From the NCBI GenBank assembly GCA_964106645.2, contig OZ067040.1: a stretch of DNA of 64,000 nucleotides; one strand, written 5' to 3'. The notes beneath the pieces are model-generated. The model was given only the letters and a program-made list of their open reading frames with translations. It searched no databases and was not told where the DNA came from. Made by a program: the position numbers and the translations under genes. Numbering within the stretch: position 1 is the first letter of the stretch; each line of letters starts with the position of its first letter. Shown in pieces: positions 12,079-24,000 of this stretch. This DNA comes from Podarcis pityusensis. Its lineage: Eukaryota.

Positions 12079-15000
12079 TGGCCGGCTTCAGGCCTTTTCC
12101 TGAAAGCCCAGCAATGGAGAGGGGGATTCCCACTTGATCAGGTTTGCACCAGCCTCTGTCTCCCCACCAAAGAGGGCTGCCTCCCCTCCACTGCTGCCCC
12201 ATCCATTCACTCAAGAGGCACCACCCAAGAGCAAAGATCCCAATGGCCCAGTCACCTTAGAAATGCCAAGGGGAGGGGGCAGTGGCCCTGGAGCCAAGAG
12301 TGCCACAGACCCAGGCCCCAAAGCAGGGATCGACACAGAGGGCGGGACTTGGTGGCCACCCTGAGGGTAGCAGCGATGAGCAGAAGATAGATGCTGGGGC
12401 AGAAGCCGCACCAAGCCGCCTCCTCCTCCTCCTTGGCCCCAAAGCCAGATGCAGTACCAGCCACTTTCTAACACAACTGCTGCTGCCTTAGAAGGGAAGA
12501 TTATACCAGCTATGGCCTGCGGCAAAGCACCCCTAAAACCCAGCTTGTGACCTGGTAGGCTGCACATGAGAAGGACGCTCAGTTTTGGCCTGGAAAGGCA
12601 GAGAAAGACTTCATGACAGGAATGCTCAGTTCAGGCAAGCTGGAGCTCCATTAGCTGCTGCCACCACCTCCTTTGCTGCAAAGCTCTCCCGTCCTCCAAA
12701 AGTGCCCCAGACTCCCTTCTGGAAGCAGTAAGCCATCATAGGACCACCTCAACACAACTCAAATTACCAACCTAGTGGTTTCAATGGCCAGAGGCGCCTG
12801 CTAGAAGAGCCCCAAATTCTCTCTCTCACACACACACACACCCCGCAATTCAGATGTGGTTTTAAAGGTCATTTCCCAGACACTGAAGCCAAACACTTCC
12901 TGACTGGCACCCTTTAACGTTTTCTTTACGCTTGGATCACTGCCAGGAAGGCAGGATTCATGTTCTCTGCTTTCCATTTTCAAGACTGACTTGAGCTTAA
13001 AATGGTGCTTTTCACCCTAGCAGACAGAATGGACCTTCCCCTCTCAGCCACTGCCCCAGCCTCCCACATGATGGTTTTTTATATATAATTGTCTTTTACT
13101 TAAAACTTCGCTCCAAAGCTCCACAAAACCACTCCCCAGTCCTGCTGCTTCCCCTGTCCCCCCCCAAATCTCCCACTCCACTTCTGACCCATGGAACGAT
13201 ATCCTGGCCTCTCCTCCTTGGGTTTCCACCAGGTGTTAGAACTGTGGTGTCTGTAAGGGGTTTGGACTTCCTGGTTAGTTTTAATTCCAGCCTCTACACA
13301 GCAGGCCAGACATGTACACAAGGGTTTGGACCAGGGGTCTGCAAACTTTTTCAGCAGGGGGCTGGTCCACTGTCCCTCAGACCTTGTGGGGCTGGACTAT
13401 ATTTGGAGGAGGGGAATGAACGAATTCCTATGCCCCACAAATAACCCAGAGATGCATTTTAAATAAAAGGACACATTCTACTCATGTAAAAACACGCTGA
13501 TTCCTGCACTGTCTGCGGGCTGGATTTAGAAGGCTATTGGGCCAGATCCGGCCCCTGGGCCTTAGTTTGCCTACCCATGGTTTGGACGCTCCCAGTTTCT
13601 CAACCAGAAAAAGCTCAGGCACACTTGTCCTGATCAGAATAAATGCAAGGTACCTATATTTTTAATTTCAGAAATATGCCACCAAATATAATTGTATGTG
13701 CTAATCCCATCTGTCTGCAGAGTTTCTGTACACAGCAAGCGTATTCTAGTCACAGAAAGGTGTTTTTATCCCTCATGCCAAAAATGGGAAACTTGCTCAA
13801 AGGCTTCCTTCTGCTGGGGGGGGGGGGGGGACATGCTTTTCAGGAACCAAGTCTGGCATTCAAGTTGCAGCACCTGCGGTTGAGGCTCTCAGGCAGGCAG
13901 GCAAACGAAGCAAGGCGGAGCTGCTGGCATCAGGCAAGAGAGACAAGGCCACGCGGCTCTCGACTCGGAAGAGGGCAGCTTCTGTCCTTCCTCTTGCGGA
14001 GAACGGCAGGGCCTTCAGCTTCCTGGAGTGCTGGGCTCACTTTTGCCCAGGCAAGCCTTTGCCAACACAGCTGGCAGCTATCTTCCTGCTGCCCACCGTC
14101 TTTGGGATCCAGCTCAAAGCACTTCACTTTCTTAAAGCAGTCAAATAAGCTTGGTTCCCTTCCCCGAAAGTGTTCTCTCTCTGTGGCAGATGAAGACCCA
14201 GCCCCCTACCACCACCTTGGCTCCTCCGGAAAGTGTCTTCTGGGGAAGGCTGGCCCACCAGGAACGGGGGGGGGGGGGGGGCGCAATGCATAGCAGGCAC
14301 CCCCAGCCCCAAAGAGGTCCCTCCGGTGTAGCTGCTGTGTCTTTCCCAGACTTAGTGCTTCAAGTGTCCAAATCAAATGCACTGTCCAGTGGTACGCCCA
14401 GGAAGCAAGCGGGCTTGGTTTTGCAGACTTCCTTCTGCCTCTGGGCAGGGCAAGGCCTTTGACAGACCCTGGAATTTCATCCCCAGCCCATGAAAACCTC
14501 GCCAAGATACACAGCCACGCCCGAGACTCACTGAGCACACCACCCAAACTCACCCACCCCAGAGACTGGGGCCCTGAGAAAAGCTGAGCTCTGCTCCTGG
14601 CCCAGGCTCCCTTCCACAGAAGACATGCCACCTGCATGCAGCCCAAGCAGTGCCAGCGCCCTGGCCGCCGCCCTCCTCCTCCTCGCGTTACCTGCCGCCT
14701 CTGCGCCACGAGCGCCACCTCTCCTCTCGGCCCTGCTCTCGTCCAGCTTCCACCTGCTCCGCTCCACTGAGCTCGCCTGGACCAAGGTGCCCAAGGATTT
14801 CTTGCCTGCCCAAAGCGAAGGGCTCTTTCAGTCCTTGGCCATGCCGGGGGGGGGGGGAGGACACCCCAGGGCCCCCGTCTCACCGCCAGAACCTTCCGCC
14901 TGCAGGGCACAGCTCATCTTGCGCCAGGCATTGGCCTTCTCCGCCAGCCCTGTGTCTTCTCCTTGCTGGCAGTGGAAGCAAGAGACGGCCCTTCCCAAGG

Positions 15001-18000
15001 CAGACCTCCCTACCACTAAGGCAGGAGGCGCAGGCAGCTCCCCAAAGGCTCCCCGCAAAAGAGGGGGCGGCAGCAGAGCAGCTGCAGGGCCTGCGCACTT
15101 CCACGGCTCCGCCAGGGTCTCCCAAGCACCTCCAGGCCCCTGCGCAGGCGACACCAGGCACACAGCTCCCAAGAGTCAGGCTCCACCACAAACGTCCGAC
15201 CCATTGCCAAGCAGCCGGCCGCAGGGAGCTGGAGGAGGAGGCAGCGAAGCCACAAGCAGACAGCAAGCAGGACACCCCCCCCGGGCCACGAGTGGAGGAG
15301 GAGGAGGCTGCAAGGGCGGCAGCAGCTTCTCCACAGGCACAAGCAGCCCAGCACACATGCAGGAGGCAGCCATGCAGCAGAAAGGCAGCCCCCCCACCCC
15401 CCCGAGGAGCCCCAACAGATGGCAGGACTGGGGTGGAGCTCCATAGAGCCCAGGTGCCAGCCTTCGCCGGGAGGAAAACGAGCGTCATATATGCCAATAT
15501 ACAAAGTGATGCTCTCATATCTATATCTCTATAGATAGATGCTCCAAAAGTCACAGTCACATCACAGAGCAGAGAGATTTGCTCACCATTAGCAAAAATC
15601 CTATGAAAGACTGTTGGCGAGAGAGAGAGAAAGAGGCAGCCCATAAAAGCAGGAAGTAAAACCAGACATGGTGGGTGCCGAGGGGTCAGCCCTTCACCTC
15701 AGCAGCCACAGCGCCCACGGCCACCACAACCGGGCAGGGAGAGGCGGTCCTTGCCTACCCAGCCACAGTGGAAGGCGATGGAGGGTGGGGGGCTCCTGGG
15801 GCAAGGCCCTTCCCTGCTCCTGCCAGGACCCAAGAAGCTGCCCCCAAAGCTGCCCACAGGCCACCCCCAGCAGGGCATCAGGAAAAGGCGCTGACCAGGC
15901 CAGCACGGCCAGGAGCTGCTTCTGGCTCAGCCAGCACTTGGGCCCAGGAGCAGACCAGAGACTCCCTGCCAAGGGAGTGGGGTGAGGAAGGGGCCCAGGC
16001 GCTGCTGGGGAAGGGGAGGGCTTCTCTTGAAGTCCCTCCCCAGAGCATGCGATTTAGTAGTACAGGATCCTTGCTGCCTTCCCATCTCCCTTGCCCCCAG
16101 GTCAGCTCCAAGCACCCCCCCCCAATTTCCAGTGGGTCATGGGGAAACAGAGGCCTGAAGTCCTCTCCCCAAGGCAGCTCCTCTTCCACAGCTGCCAGAG
16201 GAAGGGAGGCCATGAGTGCCTGGTGACCCCCAGCCAAGCCAAGCCCAGAGGCCTCTCCCGTCCAGGAGTCCAGCAGCCTCCCCTCTTTTCACTAGCCCCC
16301 CTGACCTCCCCCCCCCCAGCTTCAGGGCCTCCTCTGCACACCTCACAGGCAGCCTCAGGTGGGGCTGAGCAGTGGGAACCTCCTGGACAAAACTGCCAGC
16401 CACCGGGGCTGCAAGAAGCTCCCCCCACCCCTGAATCATCAATGGGGCTGGGAGTGGAGATGGAGGGAAGAGAAAGCAGGCAGGGAAAGAGGCAGAAAAG
16501 GGCTCTGGGTTTTTCCAAAGATTTTTTTGGCTTTGGGGGGTGGGAATCTTAACAGATTTTGGGGGGAGGCATGAAGGGAGAGAGAAATGTCTCTGAAGAA
16601 GGTGCATGCGGCAGACAGAGGGGGGATCCTAAGGTCAGGGTTCAGGTGCTGGGACCACGACCACAACCAAGCCTCCGTCCACTTGCTCCCAGACTTAGGG
16701 CAGGAGGTGGCAAAGCCAGGCAGAGCCTCCCAAGCAGCACTGCAGGCCCTGAAGCTCTTCCCAGCCCAAGGGAAGGGAAAATGGCGGGGCAAAGTACTGG
16801 CCCACCTCCCGATTTCCTCCCCAGCTTCAGCTGACCAAACCAAACCCATAAGACAACCACCCGTTCAATTCCCCACTAAGTACAAAAATGGCTCATCAAG
16901 AGGTTGTGGGAAAGTGGCAGCCAGGAAGCCAAAGGTGGCGAGTGGGAGGAGGGGGAAGCTCTCCCTCTGCCGTCTGTGCCCAGCCCAGCGTGCCAATGCC
17001 CAGGTGCAGGTGGGACCCAAAGGAGCCACCCAGTTCCGTGGGGACTGAAGCAAGACCTGCCCCAGTAGAGGATGGGGCAGGCGGAGGCCTCCGAGTTTGC
17101 TTCTGGGCCAGATCCACACAACAGGTGCCAGTCACACCACAGCCGCGCTTCCTTCTCTTCCCTCTTCTCAAATGAGCCTTGGAGGGGAGAGCCAAGGGCA
17201 TTTGCTGGCCTCCCACACCAGCTACTAAGATCCCGACAGACAACGGCAGAGGAGGGCTCCAGCCCCTGCACCCATCCACCCAAAGGCGCTGCTGACAGGC
17301 GCAAATGGTGCCGTGGAGCTTTCCTAAATCACAGCACTGCTGCCCCTTGCCATATCCCGGGGAGCAAGAGAGTTTGAAAGAGCAGGTGCTTCACCCCCTT
17401 GACTCAGCTGCTTCAGGAACACCAGTGAGACGAGCTCCGCCAGAGATGTCAAGCGGAAGCGGCATTGGTCCCTGTGTGGAGGCAGGCTGGAAGCTTTGCC
17501 ATGATCCGGAGCCACAGGGCAGGTGGCGGCCTGGTCCTCCTGCATCTTAGCCCAACTGCAGAGCCCCCTCTCTTGTGCCCGGGGGGGGGGGGATTCTGAG
17601 CATTGTGCAAGGTTGCCAGCCGCCACCGCCCTGGAGTTCCCCAATCCCGAGGGTGGCTCTTCCAGCCTGCGTGAGTTCCCTGTCCAAGCAGCTCAGGGGC
17701 CTCATCCATGCTCTCTTTCACCCACAAAGCATGCCAGGAAAGGCTCTTCTCTTGGAAGCAGTGAGGGTTTCTTCCACTAGAGATGGCCAGAAGATGTCAC
17801 TGGCCCATAGCTCCTTACGGGTGGTCTTGTCTGGATGAAATATCGTAGACCCAAACTTGTACAAAGCAAAAAAGAGGATGGTACTATTGTGAGCTCTTTG
17901 CCCTGTGGTGGTCTTTGCAATTCTTGAAAACTTGAACACACATTATTTTCTTGAAGGGGGGGGGGGCTCTGCTCAAACTTGGCCAAGACTCCAGAAGGTT

Positions 18001-21000
18001 CTGAAGTCTGTTCTACGCTGGGGCAGAATCCTGAGACGAGTGGCTCCAAGCGATGGCCCTGCAGGCGCAGCAGCAGCAGCAGTAAAAGATCCAGCAGCAG
18101 GGAAGACTGGGCATCCCTTGGCACCTTGGCATCCCCACAAAACTCTCTGCCCACCACTCAGCCAAAGGCATCCCAAGCACAGAGCAAGCGGGCCGGTCAA
18201 TCTTGCAGTTTGCGTCAGAAGAGTCTTTGTTCCACCAGGAGGGCTGGTCTTCCTCAGCCTTGGCAAAAGCATCACTGGAGGCAGGTCTCTGGGCCCTTCC
18301 CTGCCTCGCAACATATGGAACTCACTGTGACAAGGGGAGGACATGAGTCTAGGCGGAAGCCTCGCAGGGAAACCAGGGAGGCCACCTTTGTTTATTTTAG
18401 AAAGGTCTATGCTGCCCTTCAGCAAAAATTCCCAGGGCCGTTTACAGAAAAGGGTGATGCAAAACTCCATTGGAAAAAAACCCAGCCACCCTGAACTCCT
18501 TTGGGGGGGGGGGCAGGAAAAGGCAGTCACAGGGTGGTGGTGGTGGGACAGGCCCTTCGAAGTCCAGAAGAGAATCTCCACCCTCAGAGGCAGTTTACCA
18601 GACAAGGCCTCTGCACTCAGCCGGGTGACATTTTGGCTGCCCCTGAACTGCAGGCACCTTAGAAGGGCTTTGTTCTCAAAGGAGTTTTAGGACTTGAAAC
18701 CACAGAGGCCAGCAGTCCATTGCCATGCACCACACACACACACACACACACACACTGCCCCCCAACACTTGCATCCCTTGGCAGCTCTACACTGTGATGA
18801 GTTTCCTACCAATTTAACCGCCACAGGTCTCTCCTAGTGCCCAGGAAACTGCAGTCGCCAGCCAAGTCCCAGCCCTTGTCTTCTGCCAGGAAAGTCAACC
18901 TAACTGCCCTTGGCAAGAAGAGGGTTCTGGCTAGTCTGTCCCAGGAGCTCTCAAGAGAATCCAGAAATTTCCCAGAAGTGGGAGAGCCCCAGAAAAAGCC
19001 CAAGGGGAACTCTCCCATTTCCTCCTCAGAGCTCTTGGGGGCTGGGGATATCCAAAAGGCAGCTCAGCAAAGCACTCCAGCTGCCCTTCCCTTTCCTCCA
19101 AGCGCCCGGCTGGCTGCCTGTCCAAGCGCCCGGCTGGCAGGGAAGCAGCAAAAAGAGGAAGGAGGGTTTCTCCCCAAGGGACCAAAGGCCACCTGGAAGC
19201 AGTTTCCTGCCCCATGCCCTGGAGTGACGCAGGCACCCATGGTCTGGGCAGCCTGTCCAGGCACAGAGCGTGGGGTGGGAGGAAGCTGGGGGGTGGGAAG
19301 CCTGAGAAGGTGGTGGCAGCAGCGGCAGCAGTAGCTGCTCAGGGCCACACATATCCAGGTGGCAGAGTTCTCCAGGAGGTTTCCAGAAGTCAGCAATGAA
19401 GGCTACAGAGAGAGGCAGCAGCTGAGGCTCAGAATCCCAGGTGAGCAGGGCAGCAGGAGCCCACCAAGCCCCTGGGCCTTCTGGGGAGCTCCTTCCCTTC
19501 CCAGTGACTCTTTACATCACTGGCTTGCGGCTCCGGAGGAGAGGCTTACCTGACCCGATCTTGATCAGCCCATTGTGCTGGATGAAGATGGTGTCACAAG
19601 TCAAGTTTCCGTGAATGATGGGAGGATCGCAGGAGTGAAGGTAACTGGAATGGCAACACAAGGAATGGTGGGCCCAAGAGGCTGGCACCAGCACTCACCG
19701 CCCCCAACAAAAGGCCACTTTCACAGGGGCAAAACCAAGGCCTTGTGCCTGAGGCTGCCAGGGACTCCCCAAGAGAGCAACAGCCATCACTCTCTTACCT
19801 TCAGTCAGCTTGAGAAGGAGGGGAGGCAGGCAGGCAGGCAGGCAGGCAGGCTGGCAAAGCGGCAAGCCAAGTCCTGCCACAACTGCTAGAGGGAGCCAGA
19901 AGCAACCGCTCTCCACCCTGGCCTCGGAAGAACCAAAGGGGGCATGAGCAGCCAGGCTCCCAAAGCCTTTGAGGGAATCAAAGCATGTACCTGAGAGCAG
20001 ACAGGATCTGGGTGCACCAGCGCTTCCAGGCCTAAAGACAGATAAAAGGAAGAGGCTCTAAGCAACACCCACAACAGGTAGCTTGACTGCAACAGGCAAA
20101 TACTTTCCTTATTTCCTTGCTTCCTTCCATGCCACTCAGAAGGAACAGGCCAGACACTTCCTGGTTCCTCCCCAGCCTCCTGTCCTTCTGGGGCTCTGGG
20201 TTGGCCAAAGGAAGCTGCTTCTCTGTGCTCAAAGGCAGGACGGCCCCAGCAGGAGGCCTGGGACCCAGGAGCAGAGGGAGGAGGGAGGAGAAAGAAGTGA
20301 GGGTCACCTTTTCATTCATGGTCTTGTGGTTCTTCTTCGTCTTCTTCAGAAACTGCTTCAGGCTGCCAGAGGACATGTACTCAGTGATGAAGATCACCTG
20401 GAAAGGAGAAGGACGTCACCAACTGCTGCTGCTTCTCCACAAGCCCATCAGGAAGACGTTGGGGGGGGCACCCCACTTACCCTGGCCTTGTTCTCCTTCA
20501 CATCTGCCCAGTACTTGTGGAACTTCACAATGTTCAGGTGTTCTAGCTGGATCAGGTTGTCAAAGACAGCTTTGACCTTCTCCTGCAGGGACAAAGCAGA
20601 GGAATGCCAGACCCCAGGAAGATGAGAGCCTTTGGCTTACCCCAGCCTCACAGCCGTGGAGAGACGGATGCAGCGCTGGGAGAGAACCTCCAAGGGCTGG
20701 CCAGGCAGCAGCCAGCCCCCCCCCCCCGGGAGGCTAGCCAGTCTTCCCACAGGGTTCTGCACTGCTGGGATTTATGCCACTACCTCCCAGGATCCTGAGC
20801 ATGATGCCCACCTACTCCCCATCCTTCCCATCCCAGGCTCACCAACCTCCTGAAGCTTAAAATTCTTGCGCTCCGAGAACTGGACCTCATTCCAAACCAC
20901 TTCCACCCCTTCTTCTGTGTCCATTGCCAGGTAAGCACTGTCAATCCCAGGAACATTGCGCTGATTCACCTGCATGAAGAGGGGCAAAAATAAAAGCAGT

Positions 21001-24000
21001 GATTCAGGGAGCTGTGGAGACGAGGTGCTGGTGCCTGCAGAGACCCCCACGCCTGAGACGGGAAACTCCTGAGGACAGGAGCAGCCCAGAAAGATTTGCT
21101 CCAAGACCTCTTCCTGGCAAGTCAGTCTTGCTGCTCTGAAAATCACAGCAGAGATTCATGTCACAAAGAGTCAAAAAGCTCTCGTGCCCTAAATGACGGT
21201 GGCTGAGAAAGTCAGTCCTGGAATCCACTGGAGGGGGGTGGAAGCCTCGGCTTTATCCTGAGTGATACCCAGGATCTGGGGCAATATCTCGATCTCATGG
21301 ACATTTATCAATTTCAAGACATGACTAGAAGGTTGCCAAGTCAGCACAAGACAGTTTTAAAGGGGGAAACCTAAAAATGTGGGGGTCAATTAAGAACTGA
21401 GACGATGAAGTTTCCCCAAGGTGCTCAGTGGCTATTTAACACCATGATGACAGAAGCTCAGCTAGAATGTAGACCACTGATTAGGAAATGCCCCCCCCCA
21501 GTCCAGCAGAGAGATGTAATGGCAGAGGGTGCCTTCATTCAGAGAACAGAAATCTTGCCCAAAGCAGAATAGAAAGGAGTAAGGACTCTGGAAAATAAGA
21601 AAGTGAATGGCATAATGCTAAAGGGGGTTCCTGCATTGCAAGGGGTTGGACTAGACGACCCTTGGGATCCCCTCCAACGCTACAGTTCTATGATTCAACG
21701 AAAACCATGGTTGACTAAATATCCAAACCAAGATAATCAAGGGTCTGGAAACAAAGCCTTCTGAGGAATGGTTGAGGGAACTGGGTATGTTTACCTTGGA
21801 AAAGAGGAGACTGAGAGGAGAGACGAAAGCCATACTCAACTATCTGAAGGGCTGCCACATGGAAGAGGGAAGGAGCTTCTTTTCTCCTGCTCTGGAGGGA
21901 AGGACTTGAACCAGTGGAGTCAAGTTTCAAGAAAGGAGATGCCAACTAAACACCAGGAAGAGCTTTCTGACAGGAGAGATGGGTCTTGTGCTCAGGCCCT
22001 GCTTGCAGGGTTCCCATAGGAGGGGGTTGTTCTTTTATTTTATTTTTATTACTTTATTTAATTTAATTTAATTATTTATATGCCACTCATCTGACTGGGT
22101 TGTCCTAGCCACTCTGGCTAGTAAAAGCTTCCCTGACATCCTATTCCATATCAAAGATCTATGTTCCGACACTAGGGTACAGGAAAAGACTTTTGGTACT
22201 CTTCACAATATGCTTGGAATTTCACCACCATGAGCAATTATGGGTCATTTATGGAGACTGCCTCCCTCATCACCGACTCTCTGGAGGAAATTAAAAACAT
22301 TCCTGCTTCCCCAAGCATTTGATGGCTGAAATGCTGTTCCTGAAATCCCTGTGGGGGGGGGGGAATGCTTTTAATTGTTTTAAATTAAATTAAATTAAAT
22401 GATATTGCTATTGATGTGTTTGTCACCCTGGGCACCTTTGAGAGAAAGAGTGGGATGTAAGTTGAATTGATGCCGATGCTGATGATAAAATAATGGCAAA
22501 AACCTGGAAAATTCAGAATAATTTTAAACAGTACTGAGCCCAATGCAGATCCTTGGGGACCACAAAGCCTGCAATGCCTCAATTACCCATAACTCTGATA
22601 ACAACCCCCTCCCATGGGTCCCCAGTTGTGATGGCATGATGCCTGAGGTTTTGTCTCCCTGCAACACTTTAAAAAAAACTACCAAGTTACGATACTACGA
22701 TAACAAAAAGTTTGTGGGCACTTGTTCCCCCAGAGGGTTGGGCCAATATGGCCCTCCAGCCAAAAAAGGTTGATCTACACATTTGAAGAGAAACAAATCA
22801 AGAAGACTGGAAGGCAAGACTTTGTGGAAGTCATTCCTCTTGTTCTTCTGGCCTGAACAATTCACACTGCAAGAATTTCCCCCAGCTATACTAGGACAGA
22901 TGTTCGGCTGAAAGGTCTACAATGCCCATAGATCCCTTGAAAAATGGGCTTCCCTCTGCTGGGCCTGCCCCCTGCCACTTCTGATGAGCCTGCCTGCCTT
23001 CTCCCCTGGCCCTGTGGCATGGGAGAAACCAGCAAAAGCAGCAATGCCAGGAGCAAGAGGCCCCAGGCCACCATGCTGGTCCCTTCCCCAAGCAGAGGAG
23101 AGGCAAGGGAGCGAGAATGGGCCAGGATTCCTCCTCCTCTTGCCCCCCTCCTCTGCAGAAGGCAGAACTGCCTCTGGCTGCCAGGGGGTGGGGGGCACCC
23201 CAAGGCTTGGCTGGACCCACACCTGGAACAAGCTGGGCCTGGCTGGTGGTTTGCCTAATACTACTTTTTCTATAGCCAGTGTGCAGAAAGGCACCTGCCC
23301 CTCTTGCTGCCTCCGCAGCCTGGAGCCTTGCGCAGAGACCGTTTCCCTGGGTGGGCTTTCCCCATCCATCACCAGAGTGACGCAGTGGCAGGAGAGACAC
23401 CTCCTTCCTGATGTTGCAGAAGAGGGCAGGAATCTTTCCTCTGGTCCTACCATTCAGGAGGCCCATGTTGCCTCCTTTTCAGGCCTGCTTCCCTTGCCCC
23501 TGCCCAGCCAGCCAGCCAGCCTGGCTTCCTCCCTGCCCCAGCTTGCAACAGAAATGACGCAGCAGCCTGCCTTGCATCAGGGCCACATTCCTCCCCAGGG
23601 CCCAGCCCTCTTCTGGGGCACAGCCACTTCCTGGAGTCCTCACCAGGTCAAGCCACAGTGAGTCAGCCAAAGTGAGTTGACACAGAATACGAAAGGGCCT
23701 TACCATCTGCCCGGAGATGTCTAGCAACATCGACCCCCCCAGCCCAGCCAAGGAGGGAGGGGCAAAGGAACAATGAATGAGAACAGCTGCAAGAAGAGGG
23801 AGGGCCAAACTGCAGCCAAGCAAAAAAGGCCCCCAGACTCAGGGCTGCTGGCAGGCAGATCTATTTGGGGAAAGGGAGGGGAGGAGCTCCCAGGCCGCTT
23901 TGCACCCCAAAAAGGCTCATCAGACAAAGCTTCCAGGAGAGTCTGCCCAGAATTCCTTTCCACCTTGTTCTCCCTCCAAGGTGCCTCTTCTCCTGACACA

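Noticed and set aside
13643-19399. Many 100-290 aa ORFs on both strands in the large NRBP1 intron, considered as a nested gene
   Set aside because: Overlapping ORFs in all frames, Pro/Gly/Ala/Arg-rich, no recognisable domain and no coherent splice chain; expected from high GC. Only the 24-nt microexon is supported.
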